Source: an uncultured Alphaproteobacteria bacterium
GTDB lineage: Bacteria > Pseudomonadota > Alphaproteobacteria > Rhizobiales > Xanthobacteraceae
DNA: 64,000 nt
Direction: 5' to 3'
NCBI GenBank assembly: GCA_963819915.1
Contig: CAWFXX010000010.1
Span: forward strand, 21,289-85,288
The notes under the pieces are model-generated. The model did not search any database and was not told the DNA's origin. It worked only from the letters and a program-made list of their open reading frames with translations. This document shows, in pieces, positions 51,322-60,854 of this stretch (its first letter is position 1; each line of letters starts with the position of its first letter). A program made the position numbers and the translations under genes.

Positions 51322-52212
51322 ATGCAGGCAGCTCTTCTCCCCGATCGCGGCGTGGTCAAGGTCGCGGGCGACGACGCCCGGCGCTTCCTCAATGGCCTCG
51401 TCACTAACGATATGACCAAGGTCTCCCCGGACCATCCGCGCTTTGCCGCACTGCTGACGCCGCAAGGCAAGATCATCGCCGACTTTATCGTCGCCGAAGC
51501 ACCGGCCGGGGATGGTGGCGGCTTTTTTCTCGATGCGCCGAAGGCGCTGATCGGCGCGCTGGTCGAAAAGCTCAATTTCTACAAGCTGCGGGCCAAGGTT
51601 ATCTGCGAGGATCTGTCGGAGGTCCTCGGCGTGATGGCGATCTGGGATGGCACCGGCGACAGCGAATACGGGCTGAGCTACCCCGATCCGCGCCTGCCGG
51701 GCCTGGGCACACGCATCATGCTTCCGCCACATCTTGCCGGTGAAGCCGCCGCCGATCTCGGCGCGACTCTGGTGGCCGCGGATACCTACGAGGCCCACCG
51801 GATTGCGCTCGCGGTTCCGCGCGGCGGCCTCGATTTCAGCTATGCAGATACGTTCCCGCACGAAGCCGATATGGACCAGCTCAACGGTGTCGATTTCGAA
51901 AAGGGCTGCTACGTCGGGCAGGAAGTCGTTTCGCGCGTCGAGCATCGCGCCAGCGCGCGCAGCCGCGTGGTGCCGATCGCCTACGACGAATTCGCGCCGA
52001 GCGGTGGCCTGCCCATCACGGCGGGCGACAAACAGGTCGGCACGCTCGGCTCGACCGCCAAGGGCCGCGGACTTGCGCTTGTGCGACTCGACAAAATTGA
52101 AGATGCGCTCGCCGCCGGCACGCCACTGGTGGCCGGCGGCATCACCCTGCGCGCCGTGAAGCCGGCTTGGGCGACCTTCGACTGGCCGGGTGAGACGAAA
52201 GCCGCGCCATGA
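51322..52212 (+). CDS. ygfZ: Folate-binding protein YgfZ
   Basis: LLTPQGK, KGCYVGQEVVSR. Confidence 0.93.
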   Translation: MQAALLPDRGVVKVAGDDARRFLNGLVTNDMTKVSPDHPRFAALLTPQGKIIADFIVAEAPAGDGGGFFLDAPKALIGALVEKLNFYKLRAKVICEDLSEVLGVMAIWDGTGDSEYGLSYPDPRLPGLGTRIMLPPHLAGEAAADLGATLVAADTYEAHRIALAVPRGGLDFSYADTFPHEADMDQLNGVDFEKGCYVGQEVVSRVEHRASARSRVVPIAYDEFAPSGGLPITAGDKQVGTLGSTAKGRGLALVRLDKIEDALAAGTPLVAGGITLRAVKPAWATFDWPGETKAAP

Positions 52213-52817
52213 GCAAGGCGATTGTGCATCCGGACGGACTCGCGCGCTGTCCGTGGCCGAAACAGGACCCGCTATACGTCGCCTATCACGACGAGGAATG
52301 GGGCGTTCCGGAATACGACGATCGCGCGCTGTACGAAAAGCTGGTCCTCGACGGTTTCCAGGCGGGGCTGTCGTGGATCACGATCCTGCGCAAGCGGGAT
52401 AATTTCCGCCGCGCCTTCGACAGCTTCGCACCGGAAAAGATCGCCCGCTATCCCAAGCGCAAGATTGAATCGCTGATGAAAGACGCCGGCATCGTGCGCA
52501 ATCGTTCCAAGATAGAGGGCGCAGTGTCATCAGCGCGCGCATGGCTTGCGATCATGGAAAGCGGGCCGGGATTTTCCAACCTGCTGTGGGACCACCTCGA
52601 CGGCGAGCCAAAGCTCAACAATTTCCGGACCACCAAACAAGTGCCGGCGGAAACAGAGCTCTCCAAAAAGATTTCGAAGGAGCTCATCTCACGTGGGTTC
52701 AAATTCGTCGGACCGACCATTGTCTACGCATTCATGCAGGCCGTCGGCATGGTCAACGATCACCTCGTGACGTGCCATCGTCACGCGGCGGTCACGAAAC
52801 TCGCCCGCAAGCGATGA
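52209..52817 (+). CDS. tag: DNA-3-methyladenine glycosylase I
   Basis: RCPW, YHDEEWG, FQAGLSW, FVGPT, MVNDHL..C. Confidence 0.95.
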   Translation: MSKAIVHPDGLARCPWPKQDPLYVAYHDEEWGVPEYDDRALYEKLVLDGFQAGLSWITILRKRDNFRRAFDSFAPEKIARYPKRKIESLMKDAGIVRNRSKIEGAVSSARAWLAIMESGPGFSNLLWDHLDGEPKLNNFRTTKQVPAETELSKKISKELISRGFKFVGPTIVYAFMQAVGMVNDHLVTCHRHAAVTKLARKR

Positions 52818-53428
52818 GCAAGGCGCGGACCACATCGAAAGGCGCGCGCGCATGGCAGCGCATGCTGTCGGGGCGGCGGCTCGACCTGCTGGACCCCTCG
52901 CCGCTCGATGTCGAGGTCGAGGATATCGCGCATGGCCTTGCGCGCGTTGCGCGCTGGAACGGGCAAACACAAGGCGCGCATATTTTCTCGGTGGCGCAGC
53001 ATTCCCTCCTGGTCGAGGCCCTGGCGCGGGCTAAAGTGTCGCGGCTCGATCGTATCGGCCGCCTGGCGGTGCTGCTTCACGACGCCCCGGAATACGTGGT
53101 CGGCGACATGATCTCGCCGTTCAAGGCGGTGATCGGTGACAGTTATAAGGCCGTGGAGAAGCGGCTGCTCGGCGCCATCCATCTGCGCTTCGGATTGCCC
53201 GTGAAGCTGCCGGAAGAACTGCAAACCCTGATCAAGTCGGCCGATCGCAGCGCTGCCTATCTCGAGGCGACCCGTCTGGCCGGCTTTGCGGACGCAGAGG
53301 CGCGAAAATTCTTCGGTCCGCCGCCGAAATTCTCTGCCGCCTTAGAGCGCGACTATCTCGGCCCCTGGCCCGCCGGAACCGCGCAGGCACGCTACCAGGA
53401 TCGGCTGGAGAAACTTATGCGCCCTTAA
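52814..53428 (+). CDS. HD-family hydrolase (YfbR-like 5'-deoxynucleotidase)
   Basis: RWNGQT, SVAQHS, LLHDAPEY..GD. Confidence 0.88.
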   Translation: MSKARTTSKGARAWQRMLSGRRLDLLDPSPLDVEVEDIAHGLARVARWNGQTQGAHIFSVAQHSLLVEALARAKVSRLDRIGRLAVLLHDAPEYVVGDMISPFKAVIGDSYKAVEKRLLGAIHLRFGLPVKLPEELQTLIKSADRSAAYLEATRLAGFADAEARKFFGPPPKFSAALERDYLGPWPAGTAQARYQDRLEKLMRP

Positions 53429-53488
53429 GCCTTTTCATGGGGGCGTTGAGGTCATAGATATGTCGAAAGAATCGCGCTTTATGGCCCC

Positions 53489-53995
53489 ATGATCCACGTT
53501 TGTTCGCTCGCACGCCTTCACGCCACGGTCGACGAGACTGGCGCTCGCCATATCGTGACTTTGTTGCGGCTGGTCGACCGGGTCCAAAGGCCGACCCACA
53601 TCGCGCCGGAAAACCACCTCGTGCTTGCGGTCGACGACATCACCATGCCGATGGACGGCTACACTGCGCCGGCGCACGACCACGTCAAGCGGCTGATCGA
53701 TTTTGTCGGCGCCTGGGATCGTTCGTCGCCGCTAGTGATCCACTGCTTTGCCGGCATCAGCCGCTCGACTGCCGGCGCCTACGTGGCGGCCTGTGCGCTC
53801 AATCCGCAGCGCGATGAAATGCAAATTGCCTGGGACATCCGACGCGCTTCGCCCACGGCACAACCGAATTCGCGCATTGTGTCCATTGCCGACCGGCTGC
53901 TCAAACGTGACGGACGCATGATCCGGGCGATCGACGCCATCGGCCTTGGTGATGCAGCGACCGAGGGCTATCCATTCCGGCTCGATCTTGCGTGA
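53489..53995 (+). CDS. Protein-tyrosine phosphatase-like protein
   Basis: IHCFAGISRS (CX5R). Confidence 0.9.
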   Translation: MIHVCSLARLHATVDETGARHIVTLLRLVDRVQRPTHIAPENHLVLAVDDITMPMDGYTAPAHDHVKRLIDFVGAWDRSSPLVIHCFAGISRSTAGAYVAACALNPQRDEMQIAWDIRRASPTAQPNSRIVSIADRLLKRDGRMIRAIDAIGLGDAATEGYPFRLDLA

Positions 53996-54016
53996 GCACC
54001 TGCGCTAGACTTCAAT

Positions 54017-54511
54017 GTGAAAATGGGGGGCGCGGTGAGCAGCAAGACTTATGGCGTTGTCACGCCTGACCTTCTCACGTCCTATGACGGTCTAGCCTTC
54101 CTGAAGGCGATCATCGACGGCATCGTGCCAAATCCGCCGATCAGCGAGCTGATGGGCTTTCACCTCGTTGAAGCCGCGCAAGGCCGCGCGGTCTTCGAGG
54201 GCGTGCCGGAGTTTCGCCACTACAACCCGATCGGTACCGTCCACGGCGGCTTCGCGGCGACGCTGCTCGATTCCGCGCTCGGCTGCGCGATCTTTTCAAC
54301 ACTGCACAAGGGCGATACCTGGACGACGTTGGAGCTCAAACTCAATTTCGTGCGTGGACTGAACAAGGACACCGGGCCCGTGCGTGCGGAAGGCCGCATC
54401 GTGCATCGCGGGCGGACGGTGGCGACGTCTGAAGGCGATCTCAAGGATCGCGCCGGCAAGCTTTATGCGCACGCCACGACGACGTGCATGATTTTTCCAG
54501 CGAAGGCGTGA
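54017..54511 (+). CDS. PaaI family thioesterase
   Basis: NPIGTVHGGFAATLLDSA hot-dog motif. Confidence 0.92.
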   Translation: MKMGGAVSSKTYGVVTPDLLTSYDGLAFLKAIIDGIVPNPPISELMGFHLVEAAQGRAVFEGVPEFRHYNPIGTVHGGFAATLLDSALGCAIFSTLHKGDTWTTLELKLNFVRGLNKDTGPVRAEGRIVHRGRTVATSEGDLKDRAGKLYAHATTTCMIFPAKA

Positions 54512-54518
54512 TGCTCAG

Positions 54519-54980
54519 CTATTGCATGTCGGCGGTGAGCGAGGGCCGCAGCCCGAGCGGATGCGTGTTGCTTGCGCGTTGCACGCTATGAGCCGGCCGT
54601 CCGCCATTACGGGTGAATTCGCAATAGGCAAAGCCGAACCCGGAGACCGAGCCGCGGAAGCTGTTGTCGCTGACACGTTCGAGATTAAAGCAGGGCTGGA
54701 AGAGCATGCCGCGCAGCGACGCACAAACTGACTCGCCCTTCACCTGCAGCGTGTTCGCCGGCAGATGGGCGTAACGCACCGGGCCCGCGCCCTGGAATTG
54801 GATAGAACCGGCCACCGAGCCGTCGGAATTCACGCGGCCCTGGCCACGCGTCCCTTCGAAACAGGTGTAGCTGAACATCTTGCCGATGACGAAGCGCCGA
54901 GCCTCATCGGCATTCATCTCGCCGGCAGCGGCCGGCAGGGCGGCCAATAGGCCTACCGTCAGTGCGAAACCACGCAACAT
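54519..54980 (-). CDS. Hypothetical exported protein
   Basis: Signal peptide; FSYTCFEGTRG...CASL...PCF...FAYCEF Cys pattern. Confidence 0.7.
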   Translation of the reverse strand: MLRGFALTVGLLAALPAAAGEMNADEARRFVIGKMFSYTCFEGTRGQGRVNSDGSVAGSIQFQGAGPVRYAHLPANTLQVKGESVCASLRGMLFQPCFNLERVSDNSFRGSVSGFGFAYCEFTRNGGRPAHSVQRASNTHPLGLRPSLTADMQ

Positions 54981-55079
54981 CCCCGTACTCCAACTGACGC
55001 AACAGATTACAACATCGCCGGCCCGATTTTTAGGCCTAACAAATTATGCACGGCTTTCGTCGACAAATCCTGAACGCGT

Positions 55080-56066
55080 TTACCCGATTTTGACCACGAT
55101 CCGGCCGCGCACCTGCCCGGACAGGATCTCCGGAGCCGCCTCGAACACCCCGGAAAGGCCTATTTCCCGCGTCATCGTGGCCAGTTTTTGGCGATCCAGG
55201 TCGTTTTCCAGACGTTTCCAGGCCTCCCGGCGGCGCTCTGCCGGACACATCACGGAATCGATGCCATAAAGGCACACCCCCCGCAGAATGAAGGGGGCAA
55301 CCGAGCCAGGCAGATCCATACCGCCGGCAAGGCCACAGGCGGCGACCGCGCCCCCATAGCGCGTCATCGACAGCAGGTTTGCCAGCGTGTTCGACCCGAC
55401 CACATCAATGGCACCCGCCCATCGCTCCTTGGCGAGCGGTTTGGCGGGACCGGCCAGATCCTTACGATCGACGATCTCGGCCGCGCCCAGCCCTTTGAGG
55501 TAGTCCGCTTCCAGTGGCCGGCCAGTGACCGCATGCACGGCGAAACCGCGTTTGACCAGTATCGCGATCGCGACCGAACCGACGCCGCCGGCTGCACCGG
55601 TGACCGCAACCGGGCCACCGGCCGGCGTGAGGCCGTGCCGTTCCAGGGCCATCACCGCGAGCATGGCGGTATACCCCGCCGTGCCGATTGCCATGGCCTC
55701 GCGCGTACTCATCGACTTGGGCAGCGCCACCAGCCAGTCGCCTTTCACCCTTGCCTTCTCGGCATAGGCGCCGAGATGGGTCTCCCCGCAACCCCAGCCG
55801 TTCAGAATGACCTTGTCGCCGGGCTTCCAGCTTGCGTGGCTGGATGTTTCCACGGTGCCTGCGAAATCAATGCCGGCGATCATCGGAAACCGGCGTACGA
55901 CCGGTCCTTTGCCGGTCACCGCGAGACCGTCTTTGTAGTTGAGCGTGGAATATTCGACTCGGACGGTGACATCCCCGTCCATCAGATTGGTTTCGTCGAA
56001 ATCAGTCAGCGCGGCCTTGGTGCCGCCATCCGCCTTCTCGATTACGATTGCCTTGAATACCGCCAC
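55080..56066 (-). CDS. MDR oxidoreductase, YhdH/AcuI family
   Basis: [48 protein letters not shown]. Confidence 0.9.
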   Translation of the reverse strand: MAVFKAIVIEKADGGTKAALTDFDETNLMDGDVTVRVEYSTLNYKDGLAVTGKGPVVRRFPMIAGIDFAGTVETSSHASWKPGDKVILNGWGCGETHLGAYAEKARVKGDWLVALPKSMSTREAMAIGTAGYTAMLAVMALERHGLTPAGGPVAVTGAAGGVGSVAIAILVKRGFAVHAVTGRPLEADYLKGLGAAEIVDRKDLAGPAKPLAKERWAGAIDVVGSNTLANLLSMTRYGGAVAACGLAGGMDLPGSVAPFILRGVCLYGIDSVMCPAERRREAWKRLENDLDRQKLATMTREIGLSGVFEAAPEILSGQVRGRIVVKIG

Positions 56067-56126
56067 GCGCGCCTCACCGGGTTGTCCCGGCATTCTTGGC
56101 GCGTGCGCGACCTTCGTGCAAGCGCC

Positions 56127-57378
56127 TCAGGCTGGCGCCATCGCGGGGCGCGCAATCGGCTTTTCGACGATCGGCAGGTTGATGAGCGCCGACATCACGC
56201 CGAAAAACACCGAAAGCCACCACACGGGATTGTAGGAGCCATAGGCGTCGAACACGTATCCGCCGAGCAGGACGCCGAGGAAGCCGCCGACCTGATGGCT
56301 GAAGAAGGCGAAGCCGAACAGCATGGCGAGCCAGCGCGTACCGAACATCACGGCGACCAGCGACGACGTGGGCGGCACCGTCGAAAGCCACAACAGGCCG
56401 GTCACCGCGCCGAACACCAGCGTGGCAACCGGGCTTGCCGGCAGTGAGATGAAAGCGACGATCGAGAGAGCGCGGGCGAAATAGATAATCGACAGGATGT
56501 AACGCTTCGGCATCCGGTTGCCGAGATAGCCGGACGTCAGCGAGCCGATGATGTTGAACAGCCCGATCGTAGCCAGTGTCCAGCCGCCGATCTGGGCCGA
56601 AAGTCCGCGGTCGATCAGATAGGACGGCAAATGCACGGTTACGAAGGCGAGCTGGAAGCCGCAAGTGAAGAAGCCGAGCACGAGCAGAACGTAACTCCGA
56701 TGGCCGAACGCTTCCGCAAAAGCGTGGCGCGCCGATTGCGTGGGCTTCGCTATCGTCGTCGCTTGCCCGGCCGGCGCCTTGGGCGTCGCCAACGCCATAG
56801 CCAATGGCAGAATCAACATCGTGACGCCGGCAAAGATCGTGATCGCTGTCTGCCAGCCATATTTGTCCATCAGCGCGACGCCGATCGGCGAATAGAGAAA
56901 CTGGCCAAACGAACCGGCTGCGGTGCCCGCACCGAACGCAAGTGAGCGCCATGACTCCGGCAGCAGTTTGCCGAAAGCGCCGATCACGAGGTTGAACGAG
57001 CAGCCGGACAAGCCAAGCCCGATCAGCACGCCGGCGGAAATGTCGAGCATGCCGGGCGTGGTGGCGTGCGCCATCAGCGCGAGGCCAAGCGCATAAAACG
57101 CAGCGCCGACGATCATCACACGATTGGCGCCGAACCGGTCGGCAATCCCGCCGGCAAAAGGCTGTCCGATCCCCCACAGCAGATTCTGGATGGCGATCGC
57201 CATCGAGAATACGTCGCGGCCCCAGTGGTGCTCCTGCGACATCGGGGTGAGGAAGAAGCCGAGCGAAGACCGCGGCCCGAAGGCGATCATCGCAATGAGG
57301 CAACCGCAGATCACGACCACGATGGGTGTGCGCCAGCCCGACGGCTGCGGTTCTGTCAGTTGCTTGTTGTGTCGACAT
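56127..57378 (-). CDS. MFS transporter; probable indel just after the ATG
   Basis: WGIGQPFAGGIADRFG, FFTCGFQLAF, HQVGGFLG; ATG (MSTQQ) at 57378 is out of frame with the body. Confidence 0.9.
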
Positions 57379-57488
57379 TCAGAATCTCCGAGATCAAGCG
57401 CGCGGCGACCATATAGTGTCCGCTGCCCGGTCAAAAACGAATATTCGTGATCCGCTGTATTTGCGCAGCGCATGGCTCGCCTACGGCG

Positions 57489-58964
57489 CTATTTGCGAGC
57501 GTTTTGGCGGGCTGCCGCCTGCCCTTCTTCCGACCGCAACCATTCGCGGCTGTGGCTAACCGGGCCTTTTGCCTCTTCATTGGCGGCTTCTTTTGCCGTT
57601 TCCACCGGATCGCCCCAGGTCGGCTCGTCCTCGCCGTCGCCCCATGCGCGTGGGCGATAGAAGGTATGCACTCCGAGCTTGTAGATTTTCTTCATCTCGT
57701 TAACCCAGTCCGGGTGCACCCAGTAGGCGTGGTAGTGGGTCGATTTCGAGACTTCCGGCATCCACAGCTTGCCGTCGAGCATGTCGCGGGCGATCCGCTT
57801 GGCGCGTTCCCAGGCGTCGGGCTCGTTCACGATGTCCGGAATGCCGTCACAGGCGAAGGTGAACTGGCAGGCATTGTGCCGGTTGGCATTCTCATAAACC
57901 ACGCCGCAGACGTCCTTCGGATAGAACGGCGAGAACACGCGATTCATCACCACCTGCGCGACCGCGATCTGCCCACGCACCTCTTCACCGCGCGCTTCGA
58001 AGTAGACAGCGTTCGCAAGACACTTCTCCGCCTTCGCACGCGCAACACCTGTGAGCGCGAGCCTTTCAGCCGGTGAATGCGGCCGCTGGTCCTCGCCGGT
58101 GACCTCGCCTTTGTTCGCGACGCTTTCGCCGGCCGTGCCCTGACCATCATGCGACAGCGGGCCGAACGCAAACTCCTTGATGTCGGGATCGCCACGCGAC
58201 GCGAGAACCACCGGCGCTTCGCCCGGCGCCCAGGGCGAGATGCTCTCCTTGGCGGATGCCAACGGGTCAACACCGAAATATAGACGCGTTGCATCCTTGA
58301 CCGAACCCGGACCTGGGCCGGTCGGCGTGATGTTGGACGGAGGAATGTCCGCGTAAGGCAGATCGACATCCGGCGTGTGTGAACGTTCATCCGGAGCCGT
58401 GACAAACTCGTATTGCGAGTATGGATCGAAACGAGCTTCGGTTTCGACTTTCTTGATCGCGGTCTCGGCATCAGCTTCCGGTGCGGCCTCGATTGCCAGA
58501 GCCGGAGGGAGCGGCGGCAGCGGCTCGCGCGGCCTTGAGACCAGAGAGTCGCCCTTGGCTTTGCGATTGGCCTTCGGAAACTGAAGAGGCGAATTTCCGT
58601 CGCCGAGCGGTTGCTTGCCGATTGAGCCCGTTATGTCCGCCGGATCGAAATTGGCGAGTGCGTAGATCGGCGGATGCGGGATCGAGGTGCCGATCGGCCT
58701 CGGCAGGCTGAACATCGCGGCGTGGATGGTGCCAAACGGAGACGCGATCAGATGCTGTTGCCAGCGCTTCGCCACACCGGGCTGGCGCGCAAGCAACGCG
58801 CCGAGATCCTGAAATCCGATCCGCTCCGGCAGGATCGTGAGCAATAGCGCGGCAATGCCGATAGAAGCGGCAAGCTGCCGCCGACGCACAAGCGAAACTG
58901 CTCCCCGTTCGCTCAACGCGACACCACAAAGTTCCACCACCGCCTTGCCGCCAAATGGCAGCAA
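57489..58964 (-). CDS. Cell wall hydrolase (SleB/Hydrolase_2 family); start uncertain
   Basis: CLANAVYFEARGE, VAQVVMNRV, CQFTFACDG, THYHAYWVHP. Confidence 0.9.
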   Translation of the reverse strand: MLPFGGKAVVELCGVALSERGAVSLVRRRQLAASIGIAALLLTILPERIGFQDLGALLARQPGVAKRWQQHLIASPFGTIHAAMFSLPRPIGTSIPHPPIYALANFDPADITGSIGKQPLGDGNSPLQFPKANRKAKGDSLVSRPREPLPPLPPALAIEAAPEADAETAIKKVETEARFDPYSQYEFVTAPDERSHTPDVDLPYADIPPSNITPTGPGPGSVKDATRLYFGVDPLASAKESISPWAPGEAPVVLASRGDPDIKEFAFGPLSHDGQGTAGESVANKGEVTGEDQRPHSPAERLALTGVARAKAEKCLANAVYFEARGEEVRGQIAVAQVVMNRVFSPFYPKDVCGVVYENANRHNACQFTFACDGIPDIVNEPDAWERAKRIARDMLDGKLWMPEVSKSTHYHAYWVHPDWVNEMKKIYKLGVHTFYRPRAWGDGEDEPTWGDPVETAKEAANEEAKGPVSHSREWLRSEEGQAAARQNARK

Positions 58965-59047
58965 TGCGACCAGTTTTTTTATGGTCCGATTAACCTTGCG
59001 AAGGTGTTAACCGCGCCGGAATGAGCGCCCGCTTCGTAAACGCTTGG

Positions 59048-59335
59048 TCAACGCCCGATGAGATGCGCGGCGATGAAGTTGCCAACAAGAAACATCGCCA
59101 GTCCGAGCGCTCCCCCTCTGCCCAGCGCACGCTCGGGAATGATATCGGGCACGGGACGCCCGCCGATAAAGCGCAGAATCAGCAAGCCGCCCGCCGCCGC
59201 CAGACAATAGATGATCAGGGGGTGCGCCAGTATGTCCTCGCCAAAGGGCCGCCGCTCGCCGAGCAGGCCGAAACCCAATCCCGACACAGCAATCGCGCCG
59301 TACCAACCGGCGATCAGGCGCTTCGATCGGCTCAT
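59048..59335 (-). CDS. Small hypothetical membrane protein
   Basis: 95 aa with three hydrophobic segments; GGAG upstream. Confidence 0.65.
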   Translation of the reverse strand: MSRSKRLIAGWYGAIAVSGLGFGLLGERRPFGEDILAHPLIIYCLAAAGGLLILRFIGGRPVPDIIPERALGRGGALGLAMFLVGNFIAAHLIGR

Positions 59336-59490
59336 CTCCGCCTCCTAGCGTTGCAGGTCGATAGTTCTGTGCTCATGGGCGTTTTTGGGCCCCTATTGCG
59401 CTATTCCCGCGCCAGGAATGGGAAATAAGAATTAACTATATCGCAAGCGCTGCCGCCCAATATTGGGCCGACGAAATTTCGTGGGCCCAT

Positions 59491-60837
59491 ATGATCGCTT
59501 CCATCCTGCCATCGACTCTCGCGGGCCAAGGCATTCTGTTTGCTTGCGTATGCGTCTTTGCGCTGGCTTTCGCCGGCGCCCTGCACCGCCGGCTGCGCGT
59601 AACGAATGGCCGCTTGCTCAGCGCCATCAACAACATGTCGCAAGGCCTGAACATGTTCGATGCGCAGGGCCGCATCATATTGCTCAATCGCCGATATCTG
59701 GAGATGTACAAGCTTTCACCAGTGATCGTGAAAGTAGGCTGCACGTTGCAGCAGCTGATACAGCACCGCAAGGAAACGGGGCTGTTCTCGGGGGACGTTG
59801 AGTCTTATTGCCGCAAGATTCTCGACGAGAAAGGCAAGAGTAACGCGCATTATGTGCAGGCGAGTGACGGCCGCATCGTACTCGCGAAGAATGAGCCGCT
59901 GCCCGGCGGCGGCTGGGTCTCCACCCACGAAGATGTCACGGAGCAGCGTTACGCCGAGCAGGAGCGGGCCGCTATTCGCGATCAGGAGAAGCGCCGCGCA
60001 GCCATCGACTCCGCCATCACTTCGTTCCGCCCGACAGTCGAGAAACTGCTGAGCAGCGTGAGCGGCAGCGCCGGCGCGATGCTTTCGACAGCACGTGCTC
60101 TGTTCGGTTCGTCCGAGCATACATCGCAGCGCGCCGAAAGCGCAGTCCAAGCTTTTCATGAAGCGTCGACCAACGTGGAAACGGCCGCGGTGGCAGCCGA
60201 CGAACTGTCACATTCGATCAGCGAGATCAGCCGCCAGCTGACGCACACCAGCGAAGTCGTCGGCCTCGCCACAAGTGAAGCACGCGCGACCGATGGCGAG
60301 ATCGCCGGCTTGGCCGACGGGGCCCAGAAGATTGGCGACGTCGTAAAGCTGATCCGCAATATCGCCGGCCAGACCAACCTCCTCGCACTCAATGCAACGA
60401 TCGAGGCCGCGCGCGCCGGCGAGGCGGGCAAGGGCTTCGCCGTCGTTGCTTCCGAAGTAAAGTCACTCGCAGTGCAGACTGCCAAGGCCACTGAAGACAT
60501 CGCCAATCACATTCTCGCGGTACAGAATTCGACATCTGCTGCCGTCGAGGCGATCCGGCAGATCGCGTCGCGGATGCACGAAATCAACGCGAATACATCG
60601 GCGGTGGCGGCCTCGGTGGAACAACAGAATTCGGCAACCAGCGAAATCTCCCGCAACGTTGCCAGCGCCGCTCAGGGCACGGGCCATGTGGTGGGGATGC
60701 TGGGTGATGTCGCCGGCGCGGCCACGCAGACGCGCTCGTCGGCAGAAGTCGTGCGCGACGCCTCCGAAGCGGTGGAACACGCCGTTGCGGATCTGCGGCT
60801 CGAGGTCGAGGATTTCCTGGCCAAAGTGGCGGTTTAG
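59491..60837 (+). CDS. Methyl-accepting chemotaxis protein with PAS domain
   Basis: N-terminal [49 protein letters not shown]. Confidence 0.94.
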   Translation: MIASILPSTLAGQGILFACVCVFALAFAGALHRRLRVTNGRLLSAINNMSQGLNMFDAQGRIILLNRRYLEMYKLSPVIVKVGCTLQQLIQHRKETGLFSGDVESYCRKILDEKGKSNAHYVQASDGRIVLAKNEPLPGGGWVSTHEDVTEQRYAEQERAAIRDQEKRRAAIDSAITSFRPTVEKLLSSVSGSAGAMLSTARALFGSSEHTSQRAESAVQAFHEASTNVETAAVAADELSHSISEISRQLTHTSEVVGLATSEARATDGEIAGLADGAQKIGDVVKLIRNIAGQTNLLALNATIEAARAGEAGKGFAVVASEVKSLAVQTAKATEDIANHILAVQNSTSAAVEAIRQIASRMHEINANTSAVAASVEQQNSATSEISRNVASAAQGTGHVVGMLGDVAGAATQTRSSAEVVRDASEAVEHAVADLRLEVEDFLAKVAV

Positions 60838-60854
60838 GCCGCCTTACGCCTGAC

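Noticed and set aside
22657-56066. DMSP catabolism (DmdB-like ligase + AcuI-like reductase)
   Set aside because: The two genes are more than 30 kb apart, both families are widespread, and no dmdA or ddd gene is seen
52541-56447. Long antisense or alternative-frame ORFs (e.g. 55188-56447 +, 15786 N-terminal part, 33893-34975 -, 42869-44065 +)
   Set aside because: Shadow ORFs typical of high-GC DNA, overlapping well-supported genes and lacking motifs
58990-59011. CtrA box upstream of the cell wall hydrolase
   Set aside because: Two TTAACC half-sites are present but spaced 13 nt rather than 7; too weak to call
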